DNA of 64,000 bases from Methanocaldococcus indicus (GTDB taxonomy: Archaea; AGJL01; Methanococci; Methanococcales; Methanocaldococcaceae), in assembly GCF_049554935.1 (NCBI RefSeq), contig NZ_CP186926.1:1312001-1376000 (forward strand), read 5' to 3'. Position 1 is the stretch's first letter. Every line of letters starts with the position of its first letter. The notes below the pieces were generated by a model, which made no database searches, was not told the origin of the DNA, and saw only the letters and a program-made list of their open reading frames with translations. Positions 63,254 through 64,000 of this stretch are shown piece after piece. The translations under genes were made by a program, and so were the position numbers.

Positions 63254-64000
63254 ATGTTTGGTAAGTTAAAAGAAAAGTTATTAAATGCTGCATCAAAAAT
63301 AACTGAAAAAATTTATAAAAAAGGAGAAAAACAGGATGAAGAAGAAAAAAAGATTATAGCAAAAGTTGAGGAGAAAAAAGAGAATTTAAAAGTACAACCA
63401 AAAAAGGAAATTATAGATGAAAAGAAAGAAATAAGCTTTTTTGATAGATTTAAAATAACAAGAACTATAAAAAAAGTTATTAAGAAAGAGGTTGTTATTT
63501 TAGAGGAAGATATTGAAGATATTTTAGAAGAGTTAGAGATTGAACTGTTAGAGGCAGATGTAGCTTTAGAAGTTGTAGAGAGACTATTAGAAGAGATTAA
63601 AAATGAGTTAGTTGGTAAAAAAATATCTGCTGATGATAATGTTGAAGAAATTGTTTTAAATGCTATAAAAAATGCTATAAGAAATATACTCTCTCAGGAG
63701 TATATAGATATTGAGGAAATTATTCAAAAAAATAAAAAATTAGGAAAACCAACAGTTATTGTTTTTGTAGGAATAAATGGAACTGGAAAGACTACAACAA
63801 TAGCAAAATTAGCATATAAATTAAAAAACAAAGGTTATAAAGTAGTTTTAGCTGCAGGAGATACATTCAGAGCAGGGGCTATTGAGCAGTTGGAGGAACA
63901 TGCAAAAAGGATTGGAGTGAAAGTTATTAAACATCAACCAGGAGCAGATTCAGCAGCTGTTATATATGATGCTATTCAACATGCAAAGGCAAGAGGTATA
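63254..64000 (+). CDS. ftsY: SRP receptor FtsY, 3'-truncated by the window edge
   Basis: Charged N-region, 'LLEADVA', '[15 protein letters not shown]', '[14 protein letters not shown]'. Confidence 0.95.
   Translation, partial: MFGKLKEKLLNAASKITEKIYKKGEKQDEEEKKIIAKVEEKKENLKVQPKKEIIDEKKEISFFDRFKITRTIKKVIKKEVVILEEDIEDILEELEIELLEADVALEVVERLLEEIKNELVGKKISADDNVEEIVLNAIKNAIRNILSQEYIDIEEIIQKNKKLGKPTVIVFVGINGTGKTTTIAKLAYKLKNKGYKVVLAAGDTFRAGAIEQLEEHAKRIGVKVIKHQPGADSAAVIYDAIQHAKARGI

Noticed and set aside
1-64000. CRISPR array, tRNA/rRNA genes, provirus, C/D box sRNAs
   Set aside because: No regularly spaced repeats, no other GC-rich islands and no integrase or capsid genes were seen; AT-rich sRNAs cannot be excluded by eye.

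Overview
Very AT-rich, gene-dense chromosome segment of a hyperthermophilic methanogen, most consistent with Methanocaldococcus (GGTGA Shine-Dalgarno sites, TTTATATA boxes, cdhDE, comC, cfbA, RFAP synthase, class I LysRS, GatE, PolD, archaeal histone). It is mostly housekeeping genes: about 70 CDSs and the SRP (7S) RNA as the only GC-rich island. Mobile content is a Gln-terminated 170-aa mini-intein in PolD DP2 and one 702-bp IS6-family element that truncates an iron-sulfur flavoprotein gene and has no target duplication. The most interesting observations are: (1) the essential tRNA-splicing endonuclease endA has no ATG/GTG/TTG start and seems to initiate at ATC, and ogg possibly at ATA; (2) a GT-C-like / GT2 / flippase-like three-gene glycosylation cassette beside the IS; (3) a TPR + orphan HerA-like ATPase pair; (4) a DUF5320 / zinc-ribbon operon with a CATATG-centred operator-like site, convergent with Mrp/Nbp35; (5) a 711-aa pilin-signal adhesin-like protein with Cys-rich inserts; (6) structured leaders before rpl15e and rps2; (7) small genes missed by the ORF track. 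All family assignments come from motif recognition and recall, not database searches. No CRISPR array, tRNA or rRNA was seen.
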